A DNA stretch of 33,100 nucleotides from Holosporales bacterium (GCA_003542655.1 DPKF01000061.1:14368-47467); one strand, 5' to 3'. Shown: positions 8,646 to 17,905, counted from the first letter of the stretch. Notes: generated by a model from the sequence alone, not told the origin. Made by a program: numbers and translations.

Positions 8646-9695
8646 TCATAAGAGACAACAATTCCTTTTTCTAAAAATTAGGTAACCATAATTGCAGGAC
8701 CCTTGAATGATTTCACGTTGAGCATGGCGTGGCGTCGTTAAATCAGAACGGCCAATAGGTACCGCATTACTCGTTGAGGCAACAGGATTGACCATCTGAA
8801 GTTTATACATAGATTTTTGAATAATCGGGCACGGGCTTGCGCCACAGGCATTATCCCCAACGTAGCTATGCATAAGGCCGCGCCTATGTTGCATGGCCAT
8901 AAACTTAATCGCAGCAAGCTCTGTTGCTTGGGCTGATGTCACGTGCGCTGGAACCGTTCCTGTAAAAGGGTAAATACTGCCGTGACAGCCTGCACACCAG
9001 AACATCTCGTCTCTTGGAAAGCGCACCATCGCACTTTGGCAATCAAGCGCACAGGCCGCTTGTGCAATAATGTTGCCAAAAACCATCGCCTCCGGATTTT
9101 GAATTAAAGCCCAAGTATCCCTGTTCCAAAGGGGGTCAAACTCTGTCATATAGCTCACATCAAAAACACCCTTATCCATACACACAAATTCTGTGAGGAG
9201 CTCAAACAAAAAAAGAACAGGATACATATAATAGTGAACCTGCCAGAAAGATGATTTTGTCATGTCATCTGTCTTAACCTTAACCGTACCGCGATCTTTT
9301 AATTTGTTTTGAATAGACGTTCCCCCTTCTGATCCCCCATCCGTTTCGCCTTCTCCTGAATCCTCTCCCCCCAGTTTCATGCCACCAAGATTTACCATGC
9401 AATAAGGTGTTCTTGTTACATCCAGCATCCGTGTTGGCTCAAAAAAAGAAATCCGAATACCCGGTGTTGGTTGGTTCATAGGGGGTTTGGGACAGGTGCA
9501 AAATATAGGACTCTTGCTGCCATCTCCTTGATCAGCACCAACCTCAAACCCACCAACTTTAATCGGGAACATCCCCTCCCAACAAATATCGGTTACAGGA
9601 TTGGGGAAATTCCCGGAACAATTCATGTCATCAGCGTGGCTGATAGTAAATAATGACAGAACAAAAAATAAACAATAGATAACTTGAAAGTTCAT
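8646..9695 (-). CDS. traU: F-type conjugative transfer protein TraU
   Basis: 349 aa with a signal peptide, then CSGNFPNPVTDICWEGMFPIKVGG, which is the TraU hallmark. Multiple conserved Cys are present. The gene lies between traW and trbC. Confidence 0.9.
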   Translation of the reverse strand: MNFQVIYCLFFVLSLFTISHADDMNCSGNFPNPVTDICWEGMFPIKVGGFEVGADQGDGSKSPIFCTCPKPPMNQPTPGIRISFFEPTRMLDVTRTPYCMVNLGGMKLGGEDSGEGETDGGSEGGTSIQNKLKDRGTVKVKTDDMTKSSFWQVHYYMYPVLFLFELLTEFVCMDKGVFDVSYMTEFDPLWNRDTWALIQNPEAMVFGNIIAQAACALDCQSAMVRFPRDEMFWCAGCHGSIYPFTGTVPAHVTSAQATELAAIKFMAMQHRRGLMHSYVGDNACGASPCPIIQKSMYKLQMVNPVASTSNAVPIGRSDLTTPRHAQREIIQGSCNYGYLIFRKRNCCLL

Positions 9696-10303
9696 GGTTT
9701 AACCTCACGTATTAAAAGCAAATTATGATCAACACTTAATAAAGCGGGCACCTGCTTAATACCGTAATGCGTCGTTAAAAACCCACCCTGATCAAAAAAT
9801 ACTGGCACGTTTAACTGCGTTTCAGCGTCAAGTGGGGAACCAGCAACCAACACAACATCAAACGTTTCAAGGTGCTGCTTAGAAAATTCAATCTGATCCA
9901 CGTCATCTCCGTTTATAAACAAGAAGCCTTTCTCCGGTTTCATGACAAGAAGTGGATTTAATTTATCCCCCTTTCGCGCCAAATAATCACCCTTTGGTGT
10001 TTGAATATCATGTGCAATAATCAGGGTTGGATCATGATGAAAAGACCTTGCTTCAACTGTAGTTGAAATGCCGGCAACAGCTTGTGGTCGCTTAAACCTT
10101 TCTTTAATTTTTTGTTTCCACTGTTCTTTTAACGCCTCTAGTTTTCCAGCCTCTTCTAAAAGCTGTAATTTACGCTTTAAGGCCGCAATCATATTGTCTT
10201 CCTCAACAGAAAATACCGGGCCAAAAGTCCCAAGATCTATAGATTCTGAGCCAAATAGAGGTTCAATAACGCTCATCAGAACCAGCATTAAAAAATTCGC
10301 CAT
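9692..10303 (-). CDS. traW: F-type conjugative transfer protein TraW
   Basis: 203 aa with a signal peptide, a DLGTFGPVFSVEEDNMIAALKRKL block, and a C-terminal thioredoxin-like GIKQVPALL. It overlaps the traU start by 4 nt, and its position matches F and SXT order. Confidence 0.8.
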   Translation of the reverse strand: MANFLMLVLMSVIEPLFGSESIDLGTFGPVFSVEEDNMIAALKRKLQLLEEAGKLEALKEQWKQKIKERFKRPQAVAGISTTVEARSFHHDPTLIIAHDIQTPKGDYLARKGDKLNPLLVMKPEKGFLFINGDDVDQIEFSKQHLETFDVVLVAGSPLDAETQLNVPVFFDQGGFLTTHYGIKQVPALLSVDHNLLLIREVKP

Positions 10304-10710
10304 GCTTTGCCTCTTATATTTTTTAAGGGAATAAAACCAAAAGATGCGTAGCGTGAATCGTATGATTTTAGATGATCACCAAGAACGGCAACATGACCTT
10401 TTGGAACGATTTCTGTTTGATTGATATCGTCTTTAGAGGAAACAGCGTAACCAACCATTGGTTGGTACTTTTGCGCTTCCCTATGGCTTACTTTTTTAAG
10501 GATGGGTGTCCTATATTTTGGATGCGTAAAAACCACTGTATCGCCTAGGTTTGGCTGATATTTCTTCTTGTGCTGCATCATAAAAATACGCCCCTTTAAA
10601 GACAATCCTTGGTTGTATAAAATTTCCAAATCAAACACATAAAACACGAGACTTGGCAAAATAAAACATGTTAACGTTAACGCGGCCGCAAGAATTTGAC
10701 TTGGATTCAT
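10288..10710 (-). CDS. S26-family conjugative signal-peptidase-like protein (TrhF / TraF-peptidase type)
   Basis: 140 aa with an N-terminal TM segment. Motifs are GLSLKGRIF, GDTVVF, ILKKV and the C-terminal LGDHLKSYDSRYASFGFIPLKNIRGKA (S26 box GDNxxxSxDSRYxG). Its location between traC/trbI and traW matches trhF in SXT/R27-type MPF-F systems. Confidence 0.7.
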   Translation of the reverse strand: MNPSQILAAALTLTCFILPSLVFYVFDLEILYNQGLSLKGRIFMMQHKKKYQPNLGDTVVFTHPKYRTPILKKVSHREAQKYQPMVGYAVSSKDDINQTEIVPKGHVAVLGDHLKSYDSRYASFGFIPLKNIRGKAWRIF

Positions 10711-11039
10711 CCCGGACTCCGTTCATTTTTTCTTGCGGCTGCAAGAAAAGATGTAATCATCTCTGTGATATCTTTTCGTACTCCGAATGCGGGAGCCGTT
10801 CCTATGTAGGCTCCCGTTTCCTTTCCAATTTTATCAAGCGTTGTTTGAACGTCCTTTTTTACTTGTTGAAGGGCCACTTCTAAATCATGGGGTGATAAAT
10901 TTTTATCGGCCAAAACTGTTGCTTCTTCCCGTAAAATCTTCTGTAAATCCACATAACAAATTGTAGGCTGCGCTGCCTGACATAAAACATACGTTAGCCC
11001 GCAGGCAACACAGGTAAAAATCATCGACTTGATCAGCAT
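10707..11039 (-). CDS. trbI: F-type conjugative transfer protein TrbI
   Basis: 110 aa with a signal/TM segment. VDLQKILREEATVLADKNLSPHDLEVALQQVKKDVQTTLDKIGKETGAYIGTAPAFGVRKDITEMI parallels the F TrbI pattern (FDMKxT...LSExQ...ILVSPAVVxGAxDIT) as I recall it. Its position directly after traC matches F. Confidence 0.6.
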   Translation of the reverse strand: MLIKSMIFTCVACGLTYVLCQAAQPTICYVDLQKILREEATVLADKNLSPHDLEVALQQVKKDVQTTLDKIGKETGAYIGTAPAFGVRKDITEMITSFLAAARKNERSPG

Positions 11040-11103
11040 AAATAGGCACCTCTTCCCCAGTTTTCTTCATTCCGACATTTTGTCGGGTTGCTATGTTGAA
11101 TCA

Positions 11104-13644
11104 TCATGCTGCAATCTCCTCATTTGGGTTTGGAACGGTATAAGGTGACGTGTCTTCGGCATATTCGCTCATGAGGACACGATTTCCTAATGAGTGTTTC
11201 TGCTGGTTTGGGATGGTTTTTATGTCTTTAAGCCCTGCCACCATTTCAATAGCGTCTGCCATGTCGTATCCGGACGTAACCAATTCCTGTACCGCGTTAT
11301 AGACTTTAGGTGTTGTTGAATACAATGTTTCAGAAAATTTATCCAAAACTAGGCGGTTAATCGCATACCCATGCGGGCCGTTAATCATGACTTCTGCGTA
11401 TGCGCCAGCTTTGGTGTGAACAGAGCGTATTGCCTTTTCCATAGAATCGGACATTGCAACACGCTTCTTTTCTTTTAAAATGCTGATACTTTCCGGCTTT
11501 TGCGATAACATACACAGCCAATCAGAGTTTTCAAAAGCAGCTAAGGCACCAGGCGTTGCATAAAAGTCATTCACACTTTGGGTACCAACAACCAAAGATC
11601 CGTTATATTTCCTGAGACGACGTGCCAAGGTTTCAATAAAAACACCCGTCTGATTCCCCCGTAACATATCCCACGCTTCATCAAAGCACATCATAAAAGG
11701 CGTTTTACGGTCCCCTAAAAACATCACATTCGACATATTGACAATCACCATCTGAATAATCACAGACTGTAAATCTTTCCGCTCTTTCAGTTCTTCAAAC
11801 TCAACCACAACAAAGGTATCAGTAAAATTTACCGTTGAAGCGCCCTCAAAGAATTTGCCGTACACACCGTCTTTGGTATAGGGAAATAATCTGGTCCCTA
11901 AATCATTGGCACGGCTATCTTCATGACTCAGCAGAAAGGAGGCAATCTTTGTAAAAGTCGTCTTATCCTGCTCTTCAAAAAACACAGCCCGCATCGCCTG
12001 ATCTAAATAGGACACTTCTAAATCGGATAAACTTTCATAAGGCGCCACCATACTCATAAGGACAGGCTTTAAGGTTGCAAGTCTATCTTCTGCGTCATGG
12101 GCGTTTAATCCCTTAAGCTGTGTAAAGGGATTGACACAAATCGGATTCTTCGGTGTAAATTCAACAAACTGGCCGCCAAGCAGGAGGCACGTCTTTTGAA
12201 AAGACCGGCCAACATCAAGAACAAAGACTTTCCCGTTTTGGCGAAGCGTTGAGGTCATGAGCTCCTGCATAAAAACAGATTTACCGGCACCGGATCTGCC
12301 CACAACAGAAACATTATAGTTCCCCGCATTGTTATCAAAGGGTGACCACGTTAAAACCTGACCGCGCCTTCCCTGAAATAACATGCCCGGTGTTTCAGTC
12401 CCGTACCATTCCCCTTGCAGCGGCAAGAGATTTGCCGATTCTGATGAGATGGTTGTCTTTAATTTTTTGCTGCCCCTTAGTTCCTTTAATAAATCATCCC
12501 CAAAGCTCATGGGGCTTATGGTCATGAACGACTGCAAATGAAGATAATCATCCCGCTTAATCTCAAAGCCTTTTCCCCGGTAAAGGTTGATCAGCTTTGA
12601 TGCATGCGCACTCATATGTTCTGGATGGCCGATCAGGCCAATTGTCATGTTGGTTTTAACAAAGCGGTGACCCTCTGCCAGTTGCCTTGCCACAAACTGA
12701 TATTCAAAAAGCTCTTCACGCATTTTAGGCAGATACTTCGATATCGGTGAATTCACCTGCCGTTCTAAGTGTGACGCTTTGGCTGTTGTGTTTAAGGTCA
12801 ACTCATTTTGTTTGGGGATATGAACGCCGTAACTGATAAAAAATGGGGTGTTAATTTGTTGCAGATCACTAAAGGCATCCCCAATTAAACTGCCCATCTG
12901 ACTTTGATTCCAGTTCGTTGGGTATTTTGTGATAGAATACCCCTGAAACAGGGCTTTCCCATCATCAATGAAAAGGCCTTCCTTTTGTACCTGAATTTTT
13001 CTGTTCGCCGTTGGCATCGATTCCCTTAAGGGTGCAAGTGCGTCATAGACAATGCGCTCTGAACAAAAATCTGTATCCTTTAAGCGGGAGAGGAGAATTT
13101 TATCATAAAAATCAATCAAACCTTCTGGGCGAAGTGGTGCCATAGACAGCCCCACTTGCTGAAGCGTTGTTTCCACTTGTTCCCTTAAATCAAGGGCTCG
13201 TTCCTTTTGATGATTAAAATCTTGGTTTTGGGCAATGGGAAGCGTTACCGATAAAATAAGGCGAAACTGACGCGCTGGTTTTTGATGTTTATTGTGGCTC
13301 GTATAATCGGCCATTTTTTTAAAATGATTAACACGGTACTGTGTTACTTTTTCCATAATTTTAGGATCTTTAAGGGTTGTTGATCCGGTTTTTTCTAGAA
13401 ATCGGTTTAATATATCCCCAATAAAAGGGTCAGCAAATAAAATATAGTGAATGTTTGCCCCCTCCGGCAGCAAATACTGAAACATACCCGTCATTTGTCT
13501 ATGAGCGTTTTCATCAAATCCCATAATGGGGAGGCCCTCAAACCCAAAACCAATTGTCCCCCGGTTATAAAATAGGTGATCTTGATAGGCTTCATAAGGC
13601 AAATACGCTGACAAAGAATGTGTGTCTAAAAAGCTCGGTTTCAT
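11104..13644 (-). CDS. traC: F-type T4SS ATPase TraC (VirB4 family)
   Basis: Walker A VVGRSGAGKSVFMQEL, Walker B-like FMMCFDEAWDML, and an N-terminal YLPYEAY/GFGFEGLP block like F TraC. I prefer ATG 13644 (MKPSFLD...), which forms an ATGA overlap with the traV stop. The track ORF extends to 13659. Confidence 0.95.
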   Translation of the reverse strand: MKPSFLDTHSLSAYLPYEAYQDHLFYNRGTIGFGFEGLPIMGFDENAHRQMTGMFQYLLPEGANIHYILFADPFIGDILNRFLEKTGSTTLKDPKIMEKVTQYRVNHFKKMADYTSHNKHQKPARQFRLILSVTLPIAQNQDFNHQKERALDLREQVETTLQQVGLSMAPLRPEGLIDFYDKILLSRLKDTDFCSERIVYDALAPLRESMPTANRKIQVQKEGLFIDDGKALFQGYSITKYPTNWNQSQMGSLIGDAFSDLQQINTPFFISYGVHIPKQNELTLNTTAKASHLERQVNSPISKYLPKMREELFEYQFVARQLAEGHRFVKTNMTIGLIGHPEHMSAHASKLINLYRGKGFEIKRDDYLHLQSFMTISPMSFGDDLLKELRGSKKLKTTISSESANLLPLQGEWYGTETPGMLFQGRRGQVLTWSPFDNNAGNYNVSVVGRSGAGKSVFMQELMTSTLRQNGKVFVLDVGRSFQKTCLLLGGQFVEFTPKNPICVNPFTQLKGLNAHDAEDRLATLKPVLMSMVAPYESLSDLEVSYLDQAMRAVFFEEQDKTTFTKIASFLLSHEDSRANDLGTRLFPYTKDGVYGKFFEGASTVNFTDTFVVVEFEELKERKDLQSVIIQMVIVNMSNVMFLGDRKTPFMMCFDEAWDMLRGNQTGVFIETLARRLRKYNGSLVVGTQSVNDFYATPGALAAFENSDWLCMLSQKPESISILKEKKRVAMSDSMEKAIRSVHTKAGAYAEVMINGPHGYAINRLVLDKFSETLYSTTPKVYNAVQELVTSGYDMADAIEMVAGLKDIKTIPNQQKHSLGNRVLMSEYAEDTSPYTVPNPNEEIAA

Positions 13645-14132
13645 GAAGACGCTCCACAATTTTGTTCAGCAACAACCGAAGCATCAGCAGATGTGATCAC
13701 CCACTGACCCTGTTTCATGCGTGAACGAACATAATAGCCTTCAACCATATTGCCGGTTGGGTCTTGATAAGGTGCAATCCACACCCGCAGATACTCTTCA
13801 GGCAGGCGGTCTATTGATTCAGATTTACCAGAACAATAAAGTGCGTCCCTTTGTGCATCGCTTATGGCGTCTTTATATAAAGGATCAAGATGCCTAACAT
13901 CTTTTTCCAGCGTGTTTTCCGTCTCCTTTTCTTTTTGATCGGACACGTGCCCTAAAGCGTAGGTATCTGACATCGACTTCCAGCCAGAACCTGTCCCCGG
14001 TTCTGTTGAAAAACTTTCCTCATAAGACGTACAACTACTGAGAAAACAGGAAGAGGTCAGAACAGCTATTAAGAACAGTATATTCTTTTCTTGAGGTGAT
14101 TTAGCTTGAGGTGATTTAGAATGTTGATACAT
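13641..14132 (-). CDS. traV: F-type outer-membrane lipoprotein TraV
   Basis: 163 aa with lipobox FLSSC after a hydrophobic leader. Size and position between traB and traC fit TraV. Confidence 0.75.
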   Translation of the reverse strand: MYQHSKSPQAKSPQEKNILFLIAVLTSSCFLSSCTSYEESFSTEPGTGSGWKSMSDTYALGHVSDQKEKETENTLEKDVRHLDPLYKDAISDAQRDALYCSGKSESIDRLPEEYLRVWIAPYQDPTGNMVEGYYVRSRMKQGQWVITSADASVVAEQNCGASS

Positions 14133-14156
14133 GATCGTGTTTCCTTTTCTAATGCT

Positions 14157-15527
14157 TTATCTAAATTCGCGTGCGACTTGAGAACGGCGAAGTCTGTCGC
14201 CCTGCCCCTTTAAGGAATGCCTATATAAAGTTTGATTCATATCAAAACCGGCTTTAAAGACAACATCAACGCTCCGTCCTGGTTCAATTTCAATGACGGG
14301 TTGTAATTGTTCAGCGCGCTTTATATAAAAATCAGCCATTTTTTCCATAGCATTCCCCACACCTTTTCCAGCGCCTCCTTTTAAAATGTCAGCTGCTTTT
14401 AAGGCTTCTTGAGTGGTGATTCCCATAGGTGAAATCTGACTGGTACCTTTATTTGCGTCGGATAAAAAGCCGCCAACACCACTTAAAAAACCGCCAACAA
14501 AAGCGTTACGCATAGCAGGGCCTGATTTATCAACAATAATGCCGCGCATCCCATTTGCCCCATCTTCGCCGCTGACATAGCCGTCTACCTTAAGTTCCAT
14601 GATCTCGCCTGTTTTCCGTTCAATACACGAAAGCGTTTCTAACCGCATAAAAACACGCTCTGAGGCAAGATCGCCGTAAGCAGAACCGATGAGGAAACAG
14701 CGTTTTACATCTGTTTTAAAGCCCCGTGGCATGTTTCCAAAATGCGTCATTTCCATATGAAGGGGCTGCGGACTAGCGGACGCCCCAACAGCAGTTGAGG
14801 CCACAACACCCGATGTTAACCGTGCTTTTACAAAGGTTCCAGCGGGTACATAATGATCCACTGATTTCTTAGGTTTTTGATGATCAAGGTCTTCTAACTT
14901 AAAAGAAACCGTCATGGTTTTTTTATTTTCCTGTTGTTGAGTTGCCCTCTGGTTCACGATCAACGCATCATCTGAATATCCAGGTTCCAAACCATCCCTT
15001 TCTTGAAACGTGTTCACTCCTTTACTCAAATGAGTGGCATTTAATGTTTGAAGATGATTGCTAGATACGGGTTGAACGCCTGAATCCTTCATTTCTAAAG
15101 CATTTTGATGACTTTGAAAATTCCCTTGTTGCATCCCCCCGTTCATAGTTGTCCCCAACTGATTTTTAGCCATAGCCTCAACCAAAGTTTCTAACTGTTC
15201 GTTTTTCTTCTTGATTAAATCCATTTCAGATTCTAAACGTTCCACCCATACTTTTTTCTGATCAACACTGGAACGTGCCGTTTCAATCGTCCGTTTTGTA
15301 ACAGGCTCTTCCCTTAAAGAAGAGGGTGTACTTCCTAAAGAAGAGCGCATCGTCATCACAGCAAGCATCCCGATAATTAAAATAGAAAGCCCACCAAAGA
15401 AGAAAATATTTTGACGCTTTTTAACCATCTCGCTGTCTTCATCCGCTAACCAGTTTTTAAATTGCGCTTTGTAGTGAGAGACGGCACTTGCTCCTTGTTT
15501 TTTCTTATCCATTTTTAACCACCACAT
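14157..15527 (-). CDS. traB: F-type conjugative transfer protein TraB (VirB10-like)
   Basis: 456 aa (or start at ATG 15512, MDKKKQ...). It has one N-terminal TM segment (IFFFGGLSILIIGMLAVM), a coiled-coil, then a conserved C-terminal beta domain (VPAGTFVKARLTSGV...DGYVSGEDGANGMRG...VIEIEPGRSVDVVF). It follows traK. Confidence 0.85.
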   Translation of the reverse strand: MWWLKMDKKKQGASAVSHYKAQFKNWLADEDSEMVKKRQNIFFFGGLSILIIGMLAVMTMRSSLGSTPSSLREEPVTKRTIETARSSVDQKKVWVERLESEMDLIKKKNEQLETLVEAMAKNQLGTTMNGGMQQGNFQSHQNALEMKDSGVQPVSSNHLQTLNATHLSKGVNTFQERDGLEPGYSDDALIVNQRATQQQENKKTMTVSFKLEDLDHQKPKKSVDHYVPAGTFVKARLTSGVVASTAVGASASPQPLHMEMTHFGNMPRGFKTDVKRCFLIGSAYGDLASERVFMRLETLSCIERKTGEIMELKVDGYVSGEDGANGMRGIIVDKSGPAMRNAFVGGFLSGVGGFLSDANKGTSQISPMGITTQEALKAADILKGGAGKGVGNAMEKMADFYIKRAEQLQPVIEIEPGRSVDVVFKAGFDMNQTLYRHSLKGQGDRLRRSQVAREFR

Positions 15528-16287
15528 AAAGGTATGTTTTTTGCTTTGGTAACAAAACGGTATCTTTTAACGCCAAAGCAACAAGGGGAAATTTGCCGCT
15601 GCAAGCAGAAAAATACGATTCAGATATGGGCATTGGCTGGGGACCTGTATTTTGAAGGGTAAACTGATGGGCCATAAATCCAGCATCTGTTCCAGATTTT
15701 TGATACGTAAATTTTATGTTTTTGAGTATTGGCCTGTTAATCTGATGAGCCGCCTCTTCCAAAACAACACCACCCCCGTTATAGAGACGTTTAATCAGGT
15801 GAAGGGGTGTTTGATGATGGGGCATACTTTTCGTTTGTTCGTCATCATTTTGTAAAGATAAACGCTGGCTCTGGTACAAGGGGTTATGGGGTTCTTCTTG
15901 AAAACGGGCTGCCCCACTTTGCTGAATAGGATTTGATTCATCTACCTTTAACAGAATTTGTGCAGAGGATTTATCGGATGGTATCAGTTCAAGTTCTTGA
16001 AACAACCCGTTTTCTGTATTCATCACAAGATTTTGTTTTTCTTTTAAACCTTTAATAAAAAGGATGCCTTTGCCTTCATCTTTTTCATACTCAACATCTT
16101 GGTGAAAACCCATCACATCAAGAATGCGGTCCCCTTGAAGGGAAATGCGTGTAATCCCTTCTTTAGAGGCAGTTGCCTTTAAGACTTTGTCATCATTCAT
16201 GATAAGCACTTGTTTTTGTGCGTAAAGTGATGTGAATAATACGGTGAAAATCACACCTGTTTTTAAATACAGTGATGGTGTTGTCAT
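15505..16287 (-). CDS. traK: F-type conjugative transfer protein TraK
   Basis: I prefer ATG 16287 (MTTPSLYLKTGVIFTVLFTSLYAQ signal peptide), which is preceded by AAGGAG 7 nt upstream. The track start at 16386 adds a non-signal extension. The gene lies between traE and traB. Confidence 0.8.
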   Translation of the reverse strand: MTTPSLYLKTGVIFTVLFTSLYAQKQVLIMNDDKVLKATASKEGITRISLQGDRILDVMGFHQDVEYEKDEGKGILFIKGLKEKQNLVMNTENGLFQELELIPSDKSSAQILLKVDESNPIQQSGAARFQEEPHNPLYQSQRLSLQNDDEQTKSMPHHQTPLHLIKRLYNGGGVVLEEAAHQINRPILKNIKFTYQKSGTDAGFMAHQFTLQNTGPQPMPISESYFSACSGKFPLVALALKDTVLLPKQKTYLYVVVKNG

Positions 16288-16415
16288 GAATCGTCTCCTT
16301 TTTAAAAGGTCAAATAATGAATGATTTTTTAAATAAAGTAGTGGTTTTTTATGGGTTAAAGCTATTATTTTACAGGCCATCACCAAGGGGCATAAAACCC
16401 TCCCCTTTTTATGGC

Positions 16416-17018
16416 TTAAGACGAATCTTTTGTAAATGCAGCCTCATTTTCTCCAGGTGGCGCCAAAGGTTCAAAACCAATCAGACTAAGCTGAGGCGCA
16501 TATTTAGATGTTTCAAAATCAAGTTTGTATTGTTTATCATCGGATTCAATCAGTTTAGACCCAACAAATGTTGACAGTGTCCCTGAAACGAATGCCGTCC
16601 CTTTAGCGCCTTGCTGGGTAACCTCAACTTTCTTCGGTTTAAATAAAGTGGAAATCGTATTGTCTTTTAAGTGCTTTAAGTCGGCTTCAAACTGTTTTTT
16701 AACTATTGCTGAGGTTTTTGGATGAACATAGCGCAGCACTGAGCTGTGATGAAAAGAAGCGGTCTCTGGCGTCATATTTAAAAGTTCAGAACTTAAGTAC
16801 AGCGCCCATTCTTCTATATAGCTTTTTGAGGAAGACCCGCCCATCACCCAAACATCTTGCGACAGCGTTGGCGGCACCAGGATAACTTTATCGTCCCGCG
16901 ACATTAAGTGGACCATTTGCATGACATTCAGCAAAAAGGATCCTGCTAAAATTTTACCAAGAAAATTACGGTTGGAGAGAACTTTTAAATACCTATTTAT
17001 CGTAAAATCAAGCTCCAT
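16416..17018 (-). CDS. traE: F-type conjugative transfer protein TraE
   Basis: 200 aa with an N-terminal TM segment (FLGKILAGSFLLNVMQMV). Size and position after traL fit TraE. A GAGGAG RBS lies upstream. Confidence 0.85.
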   Translation of the reverse strand: MELDFTINRYLKVLSNRNFLGKILAGSFLLNVMQMVHLMSRDDKVILVPPTLSQDVWVMGGSSSKSYIEEWALYLSSELLNMTPETASFHHSSVLRYVHPKTSAIVKKQFEADLKHLKDNTISTLFKPKKVEVTQQGAKGTAFVSGTLSTFVGSKLIESDDKQYKLDFETSKYAPQLSLIGFEPLAPPGENEAAFTKDSS

Positions 17019-17028
17019 ATCCAGCTCC

Positions 17029-17319
17029 TCAATTAATAAATTCGCGTATATAAGACGGTGGCGTTACCAAAAACTGCTCTTTTGATGTTGGTAGGTACCA
17101 ATACATCACACCATGTAAATAGCCTTCACCAAAGGATCGTTTAAAAAACCGCATCCCAACGATGGTCATCGCACTCAAAACAAGCCCCCACAACACTGCC
17201 CCAAAAACCATCAACATCAAAGCTGGAAGACACACCATAGAAACCTCAGATATAGGCCACAGTAAAATGCGTGGCGGCATATCCAAATAGTTTAAAATAC
17301 TAGTATCAGATGGTTTCAT
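17029..17319 (-). CDS. traL: F-type conjugative transfer protein TraL
   Basis: 96 aa with YLDMPPRILLWPISE followed by a TM hairpin, which is the typical TraL architecture. It lies immediately after the pilin gene. Confidence 0.8.
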   Translation of the reverse strand: MKPSDTSILNYLDMPPRILLWPISEVSMVCLPALMLMVFGAVLWGLVLSAMTIVGMRFFKRSFGEGYLHGVMYWYLPTSKEQFLVTPPSYIREFIN

Positions 17320-17355
17320 AAAATTATCCTTTGTCTATCCCGGACTCGAAAATCT

Positions 17356-17721
17356 TTATGGTAGCAAAACAGAAAGTGCATTGGCGCCAAAAACACCGTT
17401 TATACCAATACCGCCCAAAATAGCAGAGATGGCTGCAGGCGCTGCTGCCCGGTAATCGCCAAGAATAACTTTTCTAATGTTAATGGCACTATACAAAATA
17501 CCACCAACAGAAAAAGCCCCCGCTAAATAAGGACTAACTTGATTCCATAGGGTATCAATTGTATGAATACCTATTGCTTGTGCTCCTGCTGTTCCATCTG
17601 TTAATGCCTCAGTACTTTCCGGCATCAACAAATATAAAGCTGTTATAAGTGCTGCTTTTTTTAAAATTTGATTATGTGTGTTATGAAAGTGAAAACATGT
17701 TTTGTTTATTATATAAGGCAT
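17356..17721 (-). CDS. candidate conjugative propilin (TraA/TrhA-like)
   Basis: 121 aa and the first gene of the operon. A long leader ends in ...LMPESTEA, followed by a Gly/Ala-rich body with two hydrophobic segments. The call rests on position, size and hydrophobic layout rather than on a motif match. Confidence 0.55.
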   Translation of the reverse strand: MPYIINKTCFHFHNTHNQILKKAALITALYLLMPESTEALTDGTAGAQAIGIHTIDTLWNQVSPYLAGAFSVGGILYSAINIRKVILGDYRAAAPAAISAILGGIGINGVFGANALSVLLP

Positions 17722-17793
17722 GTATGTTCCCTCTAAAGTTATGTTAAAATACTTCTATGTTTAAAAATTAACATTAACTCAAAAATATGTAAA

Positions 17794-17825
17794 TATATTT
17801 TTACAATAAAGTGTATATTTTTACA
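17794..17825. promoter_or_regulatory. two copies of TATATTTTTACA spaced 20 bp apart in the tra / XRE divergent intergenic region (candidate operator)
   Basis: Exact 12-nt direct repeat at 17794-17805 and 17814-17825, within the 184-bp very AT-rich gap between the pilin gene and the XRE gene. A 7-bp inverted repeat ATGTTAA/TTAACAT (17741-17747 and 17768-17774) lies nearby. Confidence 0.3.
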
Positions 17826-17905
17826 CGTTATAAAAATAACTTCATATTCGTTCTTGTTTTATAATATGATAAAATAGAAAAAAATTACTAATAGTACATA
17901 AATTA

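Noticed and set aside
8173-8661. N-terminal ~160 aa of the 381-aa track ORF (would make a giant TrbC starting 16 nt inside traU)
   Set aside because: This part is exactly antisense to the well-supported relB/relE genes. Its translation is Cys/His/Phe-rich with no protein-like pattern, and it would bury the TrbC signal peptide internally. I treat it as an open antisense frame, although its persistence is noted in the findings.
13985-14017. CAGAACC-N7-GGTTCTG palindrome, and GGTTCTGTTGAAAAACTTT resembling an IS6-family terminal repeat
   Set aside because: It lies inside an uninterrupted traV reading frame (FSTEPGTGSGWKS). It shares only the first ~8 nt with the IS6-like end at 32889 and has no adjacent transposase. 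It is most likely coincidental.
16288-16386. Upstream extension of traK (track start 16386) and the overlapping + strand ORF 16317..16574
   Set aside because: The internal ATG 16287 has a perfect AAGGAG RBS and begins a proper signal peptide. The + strand ORF overlaps the traE 3' end and the traK-traE intergenic spacer and has no features of a real gene.
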